Assembly (NCBI GenBank): GCA_945881945.1
Contig: CAMCVO010000008.1
Location: 24,461-64,460, forward strand
Length of the DNA stretch: 40,000 bases
Origin: Bifidobacterium breve
GTDB taxonomy: Bacteria; Actinomycetota; Actinomycetes; Nanopelagicales; Nanopelagicaceae
Reading direction: 5' to 3'
In this document: positions 9,801-17,465 of the stretch, piece after piece
Position numbering within the stretch: the stretch's first letter is position 1
Layout: the number at the start of each line of letters is the position of its first letter
The notes under the pieces: model-generated
What the model saw: only the letters and a program-made list of their open reading frames with translations
What the model was told of the DNA's origin: nothing
The model's database searches: none
Program-made: the position numbers and the translations under genes

Positions 9801-9976
9801 CGTTTGGAATTCCAATGTTTAAGATCTCTGAACCTGGTGAAATATCGTTAACTCACAATGGCGCAAGTCGAAGAGCATGGATTTCTGTCCAACTTATTGC
9901 ACTGCTAACTGTGATCGTGTTGGCATTACCAGCAGGGCGCAAGCGCCGTGAAATGCCTCTGGAGGAGCTGGTATGA
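6860..9976 (+). CDS. GT2-family glycosyltransferase fused to a large polytopic membrane domain (1038 aa)
   Basis: N-terminal ~300 aa carry 'AIVVTHDG...IIAVDTGSIDGS' and 'LHDDCAP' (DXD-like) GT2 motifs. The remainder has more than 12 hydrophobic segments, a ~250-aa soluble region and a terminal TM anchor. GTG start 9 nt after the whiB stop. Confidence 0.8.
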   Translation: MAEKQSTRAQAQLKDQFVTAIVVTHDGVTWLSEVVASLSSQKHKVDQIIAVDTGSIDGSVKLLTNAGIEVIKKSRRTGFGAAISAAVAKLAPLDDESQQEWLWILHDDCAPDRYALAKLLEAVVARPQVGIAGPKILGWYDRKHILEVGLSITENGTRWTGLEDREHDQGQHDQVKDVLAVSTAGMLIKRSLFEELGGFDPSLELFRDDIDIGWRAHIAGHSVICVGEAILYHAEAAASERRSVDVRDAILHRPLLLDRRNAAFVLLANSSWWILPWVAIQLLFTSIGRSIIYLLAKLPGYAADEIAAVGLLIFKPADLIKSRRYRRSSRVLTARVIKPFIPSRGLQIRSIIERISSSLVSAFKPNRGEGQSIGAKNYSDLGVIDESFDEIQYQSSKSFSKIRSLVRQPLLLGVTLTLFISFLYSRNRYGSLSGGAMAVAPDSASEMIASFVSSWQLVGLGSSQAAPAWIPVIGIASFITAANPQTFIAALFFLTPTLLFILSYRAARKYSLTKQSSAFVAFLYSFSPAVLTAINQGRLGTIVIAILLPGLFTLLEKNQGLSDLTWRKIFSIVLIASLAGTFSPLFLLSWIIFHTVLFFYSYFTSPNWQLFNWREISRNLGDEKYKKRAALIFMPFFVNLPISLSLILNPVAALKEPGLAVESAGPSSIFLFNLGGPGSPPLFLLSPVLLYLVAALISKGQRNAAILSLFSISMAATLSSYFIEGNSSNAERIWSGPLVIFAQLLTLLSFFAITETLIPQLKRSNFGIKHIGLAASAVITVISIISISIWTATTGANSLVRSNQEQVIPAFISDLASTTERPKTLVIRKSPEQLQYFVTRGGDLQIGNADVASKTPSQFHDTIVDLVNGVGGSSSQILGYYGIQYVFMKNPADAGLVRIIDGIGGFTRSSATKDGVVWKVDKAHARVTYQNKVGKFFPISSSDTAATSFVPGEGVILLAEKFDKSWQLLLNGKVMELEQHPFGIPMFKISEPGEISLTHNGASRRAWISVQLIALLTVIVLALPAGRKRREMPLEELV

Positions 9977-11334
9977 AGAAGTATCAATTGAATTTGAGTA
10001 AAATTGATTTAACAAGATTAAGCTATAAGAAAATTACTATTCCGCTAGCATTTTTGATATTGGCCAGTCTTTCATATTATGCGCCAGAGAGAAGCCAGCA
10101 GATAAAGCTAACCTCTTCCTACCCAGCAACTGTTTGTCCGGCAATTGGTGACAAAGTCTCTTCAATTGCAGCTTTAACTAGTTCGAAAATAAACAGAAGA
10201 TTAATTGATGGAACTAGCAAAAGATTAAATCCGGGCAAAAGCAGCGTTATCGTCATCAAAGAAGATGCAATTTTAGTAGAAGGCAATCCGGGCACATCGC
10301 TAACTTTTGCAAACAATAGCTGGAAAGCGGTAGTGCCATGCTCGATTAGCAATGGTGAACAATGGTTTATCGGTGGCTCTGGTGGACTAACTAGCAAATC
10401 ATTTTTGTACATATCAAATAGCGGATTCAGTGAATCTGTTGTAGATATTGAGATTTTTACTCCAAATGGCTTGCTAGAACCAAGAGAGGTTTCAATCGCT
10501 CAAAATTCAACGAAAAAAATAGCAATTGATTCTTTAATTCCTGGCGAAGAAGCAATTGCGGTTGCGATCAAGACCAAATCTGGACGAGTTAGCTCTTACC
10601 TCTTTGATGAGCGAAAAAAAGGCCTTAAGTTGTTGGGCGCTGATTTTGTAGCTCCAGTGGCAATTGCTCGTAAGAGTGTAACCATTCCAGCAATTACTGG
10701 ATTGCTTGATAAGTTAGTTACAAACTCTAACTCAGTTACCCATACTCTTAGATTGCTAGTACCGTCAACAATTGATGCAAGTATTGATGTCACTGTAAAT
10801 TCAAACGATGGTAATTTTATTCCGATTGGTCTTTCACAGCTTGAGGTAAAAAGTCAGCGAGTGGTAAGCATTCCACTAACTTTTGCTCCAACTAGCCAAC
10901 CGTTCTCTGTAATAGTTGAATCAGATCAGCCTATTTTTGCCTCGGTGTTATCCAATTTTATCTTCAATAAAAGTGCTGAGATTGCGTGGGCCACCGGTGC
11001 AGATGAGTTAAAAAAATGGAGTGTGAATTTAACTGGGTCAAGACCAATTTTGAATTTTGTAGGCGAGCGAATTGATGTACAAATAAGTGCTACTGGCATC
11101 AATGGCAAAAAGATTACAAATAAAGTAACTGGGACAAATTTTGTGACTTGGCGTGCACCTACTGGATTAAATCGACTTGAGGTTACTGCAAGTAAAGGAG
11201 GAATTAGTGGGGGAGTTATATTCTTACCAGAGGTAGGAAAAATTGGTACTAGCTACCTACCGATGAACAATGGAGCTAATTTAGAAACTGCTTCTGAGCC
11301 AATATCTGATGCTCGAGTGATTAGTAGAGGCTAA
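9973..11334 (+). CDS. N-terminally anchored extracytoplasmic protein (DUF5719-like, recalled family)
   Basis: ATGA overlap with the GT gene. One N-terminal TM ('ITIPLAFLILASLSYY') followed by a beta-rich Ser/Thr/Asn-rich sequence. The family assignment is from memory of the conserved GT2-DUF5719 pairing. Confidence 0.55.
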   Translation: MKKYQLNLSKIDLTRLSYKKITIPLAFLILASLSYYAPERSQQIKLTSSYPATVCPAIGDKVSSIAALTSSKINRRLIDGTSKRLNPGKSSVIVIKEDAILVEGNPGTSLTFANNSWKAVVPCSISNGEQWFIGGSGGLTSKSFLYISNSGFSESVVDIEIFTPNGLLEPREVSIAQNSTKKIAIDSLIPGEEAIAVAIKTKSGRVSSYLFDERKKGLKLLGADFVAPVAIARKSVTIPAITGLLDKLVTNSNSVTHTLRLLVPSTIDASIDVTVNSNDGNFIPIGLSQLEVKSQRVVSIPLTFAPTSQPFSVIVESDQPIFASVLSNFIFNKSAEIAWATGADELKKWSVNLTGSRPILNFVGERIDVQISATGINGKKITNKVTGTNFVTWRAPTGLNRLEVTASKGGISGGVIFLPEVGKIGTSYLPMNNGANLETASEPISDARVISRG

Positions 11335-11373
11335 ATCCCAACTTTTCCACCCAAGTCGTATTAACCTGCTTAC

Positions 11374-11724
11374 ATGCGAAGAAGTGGAAGTCGCCGATGC
11401 TCTCGAGCTAGTTGTACTAGCGCTGCCATTAAAACCCTCACTTACATATATTCAGATTCAACTGCAGTTCTTGGTCCGCTCTCAACTTATGCAGAGCCAC
11501 ATAATTACGATCTATGTGCAGAACATAGTGAGCGATTAACAGTTCCGGTTGGTTGGAATGTAATAAAAGAAGAGATTGTTGTTCAAAATACTGGTCCGTC
11601 AGATGAAGATTTAATGGCTATTGCCGATGCAGTACGTGAGGTAGCAGGTTCAGATTTAGCAAGCAAAAGTATGCAGCCAGAACTTGGCCGCCGAGGCCAT
11701 CTTCGGGTATTGCCCTCAAATTAA
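11374..11724 (+). CDS. DUF3499-family protein (Rv3258c-like)
   Basis: 'C..ASC...A..TLTYIYSDSTAVLGPLS...EPHNYDLCAEH...PVGW' matches the DUF3499 signature. It lies directly upstream of manB, as in mycobacteria. Confidence 0.8.
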   Translation: MRRSGSRRCSRASCTSAAIKTLTYIYSDSTAVLGPLSTYAEPHNYDLCAEHSERLTVPVGWNVIKEEIVVQNTGPSDEDLMAIADAVREVAGSDLASKSMQPELGRRGHLRVLPSN

Positions 11725-11763
11725 TTTTTAAATTCTATCGTCAACCCCTAAGTTAAGGGCATT

Positions 11764-13110
11764 ATGCTTGAGAAAATAATTAAGGCCTACGACATAAGAG
11801 GCTTAGTAAAAAACGAGGTAACGCCAGACTTCTCATTTTCCTTAGGAATTGCCTTTGCAAAGTTTCTTGAGACTGAACGTGAACCAGCCACAATAGTGGT
11901 GGGTGAAGATATGCGATTATCCTCAGCCCCATTGGCTGATGCATTTTCAGATGGTGCAACCAGTCAAGGGATGGATGTAATAAGAATCGGTTTAGCTTCA
12001 ACTGACATGCTTTATTTTGCCTCTGGCAAATTGAATTTACCTGGAGTGATGTTTACGGCAAGTCATAATCCAGCCAAATATAATGGGATGAAACTTTGCA
12101 AAAGTGGTGCGCGACCAATTGGTCAAGAATCTGGATTGGTGAAAATCCGTAAGTTAATTGAAGAGGGGGTACCGATCTCTAATCGCCCGGTAGGCAGTGT
12201 TAGAAAACAAGATCTACTTAATGACTATGTTGATTATTTAATAGCAAGATTTCCAAGAAATACCTTTAAAAAGCGAAAATTAAAAGTAGTAATCGATGCC
12301 GGTAACGGGATGGCCGGCTTTACTGCGCCAGCTGTTATGCAGCGGTTAAATGTTGATTTAACTCCTATGTACTTTGAATTAGATGGAGATTTTCCAAACC
12401 ATGAGGCAAATCCAATCGAACCAGAGAATTTAAAAGCTTTACAGAAAAAAGTGAAAAAAGAAAAAGCAGATATTGGCTTAGCCTTTGATGGTGATGCTGA
12501 CAGGTGTTTTTTAATTGATGAAAACGGTGATTTAGTAAATCCCTCAGCGCTGACTTGTTTGATTGCAGCTCGGGAATTAAAAGCGAATCCTGGTTCAACG
12601 ATTATCTACAATCTAATATCTTCTAAGGCAGTATCAGAAGTCATCACAGAAAAAGGTGGGAATGCTTTGCGCAGCAGGGTTGGTCATTCATATATAAAAA
12701 CTTTAATGGCTGAGTCTGGCGCGGTATTTGGAGGGGAACACTCTGGTCATTTTTATTTTGAAGATTTCTGGGGAGCAGATTCTGGTATGTTGGCAGCTCT
12801 TTATGCTTTGGCTGAGTTGATGGCAACCCCTAAGTCACTTTCAACTTTGTTAGAACCTTATATTCGATACGTTTCTAGTGGTGAGATAAATAGTAAGGTT
12901 AAAGATGCCAATAAATCTATCCAATTAGTTAAAGATAAATATCAAGATAATTACCAAATCGATGAGTTAGATGGTTTAACAGTTACTGCCGAAAATTGGT
13001 GGTTCAATCTTCGGGCGTCAAATACTGAGCCATTACTTAGGCTAAATGTTGAGGCCGATACGCAAAAGCAGATGGCAGAGATTAGGGACACAGTTCTTAA
13101 CCTTATTTAA
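11764..13110 (+). CDS. manB: phosphomannomutase/phosphoglucomutase
   Basis: Phosphoserine loop 'TASHNPAKYNG', Mg loop 'FDGDADR' and sugar loop 'GGEHSGH'. Confidence 0.9.
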   Translation: MLEKIIKAYDIRGLVKNEVTPDFSFSLGIAFAKFLETEREPATIVVGEDMRLSSAPLADAFSDGATSQGMDVIRIGLASTDMLYFASGKLNLPGVMFTASHNPAKYNGMKLCKSGARPIGQESGLVKIRKLIEEGVPISNRPVGSVRKQDLLNDYVDYLIARFPRNTFKKRKLKVVIDAGNGMAGFTAPAVMQRLNVDLTPMYFELDGDFPNHEANPIEPENLKALQKKVKKEKADIGLAFDGDADRCFLIDENGDLVNPSALTCLIAARELKANPGSTIIYNLISSKAVSEVITEKGGNALRSRVGHSYIKTLMAESGAVFGGEHSGHFYFEDFWGADSGMLAALYALAELMATPKSLSTLLEPYIRYVSSGEINSKVKDANKSIQLVKDKYQDNYQIDELDGLTVTAENWWFNLRASNTEPLLRLNVEADTQKQMAEIRDTVLNLI

Positions 13111-13201
13111 AGGTGATAAATCATTTGAGACAGGGTATCTTTGCCTTATAGCCAATCGATGCAGAGTATTGATTAATTAGCTTAAATAATTAGGAGATTA
13201 A

Positions 13202-14479
13202 ATGAGCACCACAACGGCCATTAAAAATGACATTGCCGATTCAAAATTAGCCGCAGAGGGTAAAAAGCGGATTGAGTGGGCGGCCCGCAATATGCCAGTT
13301 CTGGCACAAATAAAAGAAAGATTTGCTAAAGAGAAACCGTTTACCGGCGTACGGATTGCTGCTTGTATGCATGTAACAACTGAAACTGCGAATTTGATGT
13401 TGGCATTAAAAGCTGGTGGTGCTGACTTAGCTCTATGTGCTTCAAATCCTCTTTCAACTCAGGATGACACAGCTGCGGCATTAGTCCATGAGTATGGAAT
13501 TTCAGTCTTTGCAAGAAATGCAGTTGATCGTGATGGTTACTACGGACATTTAAACTCTGCACTAGACATAAAACCACAATTAGTATTTGATGATGGTTGC
13601 GATTTAGTTAACGTTTTACACACCACTCGCACCGAGTTAATTGATGGCGTAATGGCAGGTTGCGAGGAGACGACAACCGGGGTTATTCGTCTTAGCCAAA
13701 TGGCTAAAGATGGCGCACTTAAGTTTCCTATGATTGCAGTAAATGACACTGACACCAAGCATATGTTTGATAATCGTTATGGAACTGGTCAATCGACATT
13801 TGATGCGATATTTCGTGCAACTAATACGCTAGTCGCAGGAAAGATAGTGGTAGTCGCTGGATTTGGATACTGTGGTAAAGGAGTTGCTGAGCGCGCAAAA
13901 GGTATGGGCGCCGAGGTTATTGTTACTGAAATTGATCCAACTAAAGCATTAGATGCATTGATGCAAGGATTCAGGGTCATGCCAATGACTGAGGCTGCTG
14001 CAATTGGCGACCTATTTATCACGGTGACTGGTAACCGTGATGTGCTACGCGATGAGCACTTCAACCAGATGAAAGATGGTGCGATATTGGCCAACTCAGG
14101 CCACTTTGATATTGAGATTGATGTGGCATGGTTAGAAAAAAATGCAAAGCAGAAAAATTCCAAGATGCGTCATCAAACAGATGAGTATGTGTTGACTGAT
14201 GGGCGTCGAATCTTGCTAATTGCAGAGGGCAGACTTGCAAATCTTGGTGCTGCTGAAGGTCACCCAGCCTCTGTAATGGATATGTCTTTCTCAGATCAAG
14301 CGTTAACAGCAGAGTGGTTGCTAAAGGCAGGAAAAGATCTGCCAGCTGGATTGCATAATGTTCCAATTTCAATTGATAAAGATGTCGCCCGGATGAAACT
14401 TGCAAGCATGGGGTCGGCTTTAGATGTATTAACTCCCGCTCAGGAGCTTTATTTGAACTCCTGGGAACACGGTTCCTAA
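13202..14479 (+). CDS. ahcY: adenosylhomocysteinase
   Basis: Full-length match to SAH hydrolase, including the NAD-binding 'VVAGFGYCGKGVA' and 'EIDPTKALDA'. SD AGGAG upstream of the ATG. Confidence 0.95.
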   Translation: MSTTTAIKNDIADSKLAAEGKKRIEWAARNMPVLAQIKERFAKEKPFTGVRIAACMHVTTETANLMLALKAGGADLALCASNPLSTQDDTAAALVHEYGISVFARNAVDRDGYYGHLNSALDIKPQLVFDDGCDLVNVLHTTRTELIDGVMAGCEETTTGVIRLSQMAKDGALKFPMIAVNDTDTKHMFDNRYGTGQSTFDAIFRATNTLVAGKIVVVAGFGYCGKGVAERAKGMGAEVIVTEIDPTKALDALMQGFRVMPMTEAAAIGDLFITVTGNRDVLRDEHFNQMKDGAILANSGHFDIEIDVAWLEKNAKQKNSKMRHQTDEYVLTDGRRILLIAEGRLANLGAAEGHPASVMDMSFSDQALTAEWLLKAGKDLPAGLHNVPISIDKDVARMKLASMGSALDVLTPAQELYLNSWEHGS

Positions 14480-15154
14480 ATGCCATTAGTCATGGTTGTT
14501 GATGACGACCAAGACTTAGCCGAGATGCTTAGCATCGTTTTGACTGGTGTTGGCATGGAGGTTGAATTAGTAAATCGTGGTGATCAAGTTATGGGGTTAT
14601 TTAATGCAAAAAATCCTGATTTAGTTTTATTAGATGTAATGTTGCCCGGCATTGATGGCATTGAGGTTTGCAAAATTATCAGAGAAAAATCAATGGTTCC
14701 AATTGTGATGCTTACCGCAAAAGGTGATACCCATGATGTGGTTTTAGGGCTTGAAGCCGGTGCGGATGATTACATGATTAAGCCATTTAAACCTCAGGAG
14801 TTAGTTGCAAGGATCAATACAAGACTAAGGCGAGTGGCAAAAGTAGGGACTCTAGGAGTATGCGATTTAATTATTGATCAGATGGAGCATAAAGTATTAA
14901 AGAATGGCAAGGAAATTGCTTTGACCAGATTAGAGTTTGATTTACTAGCAGCGCTAGCAAAAGAGCCTGGTCGAGTTTTTACTCGCGAAGCATTATTGAA
15001 TGAGGTATGGGGATATCAGCATGCAGCTGATACCAGATTAGTTAATGTTCATGTACAGCGTTTGCGCTCCAAAATTGAGAGTGATGTCGATAATCCTGAA
15101 TATGTATTAACCGTGCGAGGTGTTGGGTATAAGGCGGGGGCGGCTAAGGTTTAG
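14480..15154 (+). CDS. mtrA: OmpR-family response regulator MtrA
   Basis: Near-colinear identity to M. tuberculosis MtrA ('PIVMLTAKGDTHDVVLGLEAGADDYMIKPFKPQELVAR', 'ADTRLVNVHVQRLRSKIE', 'LTVRGVGYKAG'). The ATG directly abuts the ahcY TAA. Confidence 0.93.
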   Translation: MPLVMVVDDDQDLAEMLSIVLTGVGMEVELVNRGDQVMGLFNAKNPDLVLLDVMLPGIDGIEVCKIIREKSMVPIVMLTAKGDTHDVVLGLEAGADDYMIKPFKPQELVARINTRLRRVAKVGTLGVCDLIIDQMEHKVLKNGKEIALTRLEFDLLAALAKEPGRVFTREALLNEVWGYQHAADTRLVNVHVQRLRSKIESDVDNPEYVLTVRGVGYKAGAAKV

Positions 15155-15156
15155 CC

Positions 15157-16713
15157 ATGCTCCAAGGCAAATTCAAGATTAGAAAATCCCTCAGTCTTAA
15201 AGTACTGCTTTCTAGTATTGGGTTTGCGATGCTAATTACAACATTAATTGGACTTTCGGTTCATAATCGCGTTGCTGCAACCATCATTAATGAAAAAATT
15301 GCAATCTCGAAAGTCGAAACCTCAAGATCGATTAATCTGGCTCAGAGTAATTTCAACATTGCAAGATTCAGAAATAATGCTGGCTTAAACCAAGTTGTTA
15401 AAGATTTTATCTCTTCTAGCCGTGAAGATGGACTCCTTTCAGGCCGAGAAACTGTTCTCTTACCTTATGCAAAAGATGCAAATCAACAGAGTATTTATCA
15501 AACAATCCCAGCACTTCTTTTACTTGAAACAATTTCAGAAGATTTTCGACAAGAAGTAAGGCAATCTGAAGAAGTTGTTGATCAAAGAGTTGTGATCAGA
15601 TATGAAGATGGTACTGAGTACCCTGGATTTTTGATTGGTGGCATATTAGATATTCCTCGCACGGGGCAATATGAAATTTATTATCTTTTTAATCTAGATG
15701 CACAGTATGAAAGTATTGCCGTTATAACTTGGACGTTACTAGGTGCTGGCGTGCTCTTAGTAATGCTGATTGGTTTGAGCACTCAATTTGTCATTCGCCA
15801 AGTTGTTTCTCCAGTACAACAAGCAGCCGCAGTTGCAGAGAAATTTACACAGGGTGACTTGACCAGCCGTATGTCAGTGTCAAGTGACGATGAACTGGCC
15901 AGTTTAGGAAGATCATTTAATGAAATGGCAGTTGCAATTCAACAGCAAATCGCCAGATTAGAAAACCTTTCCATGCTGCAACAGAGATTTGTTTCAGATG
16001 TTTCACATGAGTTAAGAACTCCGCTAACAACCTTGCGCATGGCAGCTGAGGTTATATATCAACAGAAAGAAGTTTTTGAGCCAAACATATCCAGAAGTAG
16101 TGAGTTGTTAATAAATCAAATAGATCGTTTTGAACTGCTCCTCTCTGATCTACTTGAAGTTAGTAGATTTGATGCTGAAGCAGCATCATTAGGAGTTGTT
16201 ACTTTTGACCTTGTCCAGTTATTGCAAAAAACTGTTGAATATTTACACCCAAGTAAATCAGCACTATTTGAGATTGATTCACCAGATAAACCAATCCAGA
16301 TTGAAGGCGATCCAAGGCGAATTGAAAGAATTCTCCGTAATCTAATTTCAAATGCAGTAGATCATGGTGAAGGTAAAAAAGTAAAGGTTCAACTTAAAGA
16401 AAGTGAAAATGAAGTTGCTGTGGGAGTTCGAGATTATGGCTTAGGATTTAAAGAGGAGGATGGACCATATTTGTTTGATCGATTTTGGCGAGCAGACCCA
16501 TCAAGAGCCAGAACTAGTGGTGGTACAGGGCTTGGACTTTCGATCGCTTTAGAAGATGCAAAACTTCATCAAGGTCAATTATTGGCTTGGGGAAAACCTC
16601 TACAGGGTGCTCACTTTGTATTAACGCTGCCAAAGCTACACGGTAACTCAGTGCAGTTATTTCCGATTGCATTAACGCCAGAGGATGCTTTATCAACATC
16701 AACAAAAAGTTAA
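15157..16713 (+). CDS. mtrB: sensor histidine kinase MtrB
   Basis: Two TM segments flank a ~150-aa extracytoplasmic region. HAMP domain, H-box 'SHELRTPLT', and the N and G boxes. Position downstream of mtrA. Confidence 0.85.
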   Translation: MLQGKFKIRKSLSLKVLLSSIGFAMLITTLIGLSVHNRVAATIINEKIAISKVETSRSINLAQSNFNIARFRNNAGLNQVVKDFISSSREDGLLSGRETVLLPYAKDANQQSIYQTIPALLLLETISEDFRQEVRQSEEVVDQRVVIRYEDGTEYPGFLIGGILDIPRTGQYEIYYLFNLDAQYESIAVITWTLLGAGVLLVMLIGLSTQFVIRQVVSPVQQAAAVAEKFTQGDLTSRMSVSSDDELASLGRSFNEMAVAIQQQIARLENLSMLQQRFVSDVSHELRTPLTTLRMAAEVIYQQKEVFEPNISRSSELLINQIDRFELLLSDLLEVSRFDAEAASLGVVTFDLVQLLQKTVEYLHPSKSALFEIDSPDKPIQIEGDPRRIERILRNLISNAVDHGEGKKVKVQLKESENEVAVGVRDYGLGFKEEDGPYLFDRFWRADPSRARTSGGTGLGLSIALEDAKLHQGQLLAWGKPLQGAHFVLTLPKLHGNSVQLFPIALTPEDALSTSTKS

Positions 16714-16747
16714 CAATTATCATCTTCAATCCTGCTATAAATGCAAG

Positions 16748-17419
16748 GTGATTGCTTCTTTAAAATCTTTAAAGGAGTTACTTTTTCCAATTTCTTGTAT
16801 CAGTTGCGCAGCCCCTGATTATTGGCTTTGCAGTCTTTGCCAGAAAGAATGGAAAGTGAGTACTAAAAAAAGTTATATTGGCAGAAGTCCTTTGTACTAT
16901 AAGACAGGCTATAGTAATAAAACAGCTGCAGTCATATTATCGGCAAAAGAAAATAATAATCTTGCTGCAGTTAATTTACTCGCTGAGAGTATTTCGCAAT
17001 CAATTCTCTATGCAATCGAGGATTTAGAGATTAAGGGTGATATTTCTCTAGTAACGATCCCATCTTCACCTTCTGCAATTAGAAGACGTGGTCGAAATCA
17101 TATCCAAGTGCTTGCAGTTGAGGTTCAAAAATATCTTGGAGCAAAAGCTGTTACATCGAATATTCTCACCATACTGACTCAAAGAAAAAATACAAAAGAT
17201 CAGAGCGGATTAAACAGCAGGCAGCGAATTGAAAATACCTATGAAATGTTCAGGGCTACTTCCTGTGAGAATTCTCAAGGGGCAATTTTTCTCATTGACG
17301 ATCTAGTGACCACGGGTGCATCAATCATGGAGGGCATTCGGGCTCTTTTTGAAGCCAAAATCACGGTCACTGCATCGATTACAGCGTGTGCAGTCGGACG
17401 AAATTCTCTAATACCATAA
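16748..17419 (+). CDS. comF: ComF-family phosphoribosyltransferase-like protein
   Basis: N-terminal Cys pairs 'CISC...CSLC' and C-terminal PRPP loop 'LIDDLVTTGAS'. I prefer the GTG 16748 start; the longest ORF from 16685 overlaps mtrB by 29 nt. Confidence 0.7.
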   Translation: MIASLKSLKELLFPISCISCAAPDYWLCSLCQKEWKVSTKKSYIGRSPLYYKTGYSNKTAAVILSAKENNNLAAVNLLAESISQSILYAIEDLEIKGDISLVTIPSSPSAIRRRGRNHIQVLAVEVQKYLGAKAVTSNILTILTQRKNTKDQSGLNSRQRIENTYEMFRATSCENSQGAIFLIDDLVTTGASIMEGIRALFEAKITVTASITACAVGRNSLIP

Positions 17420-17465
17420 GCCCCTGAGTATCTTTAATTATTCAAGAGTTTAGCGGAGGATCTTT

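Noticed and set aside
13111-13201. SAH riboswitch upstream of ahcY
   Set aside because: The 91-nt spacer is AT-rich. It has none of the GC-rich pseudoknot-forming blocks that characterise the SAH riboswitch.
13341-14486. Several 70-140-aa minus-strand ORFs inside ahcY. Similar antisense or out-of-frame ORFs occur elsewhere: 350-556, 1301-1588, 6051-6395, 6622-6945, 22152-22424, 27527-28045 and 37790-38179.
   Set aside because: All lie wholly within strongly supported genes on the other strand or frame, and their composition is low-complexity or atypical. These are frame shadows typical of long conserved CDS.
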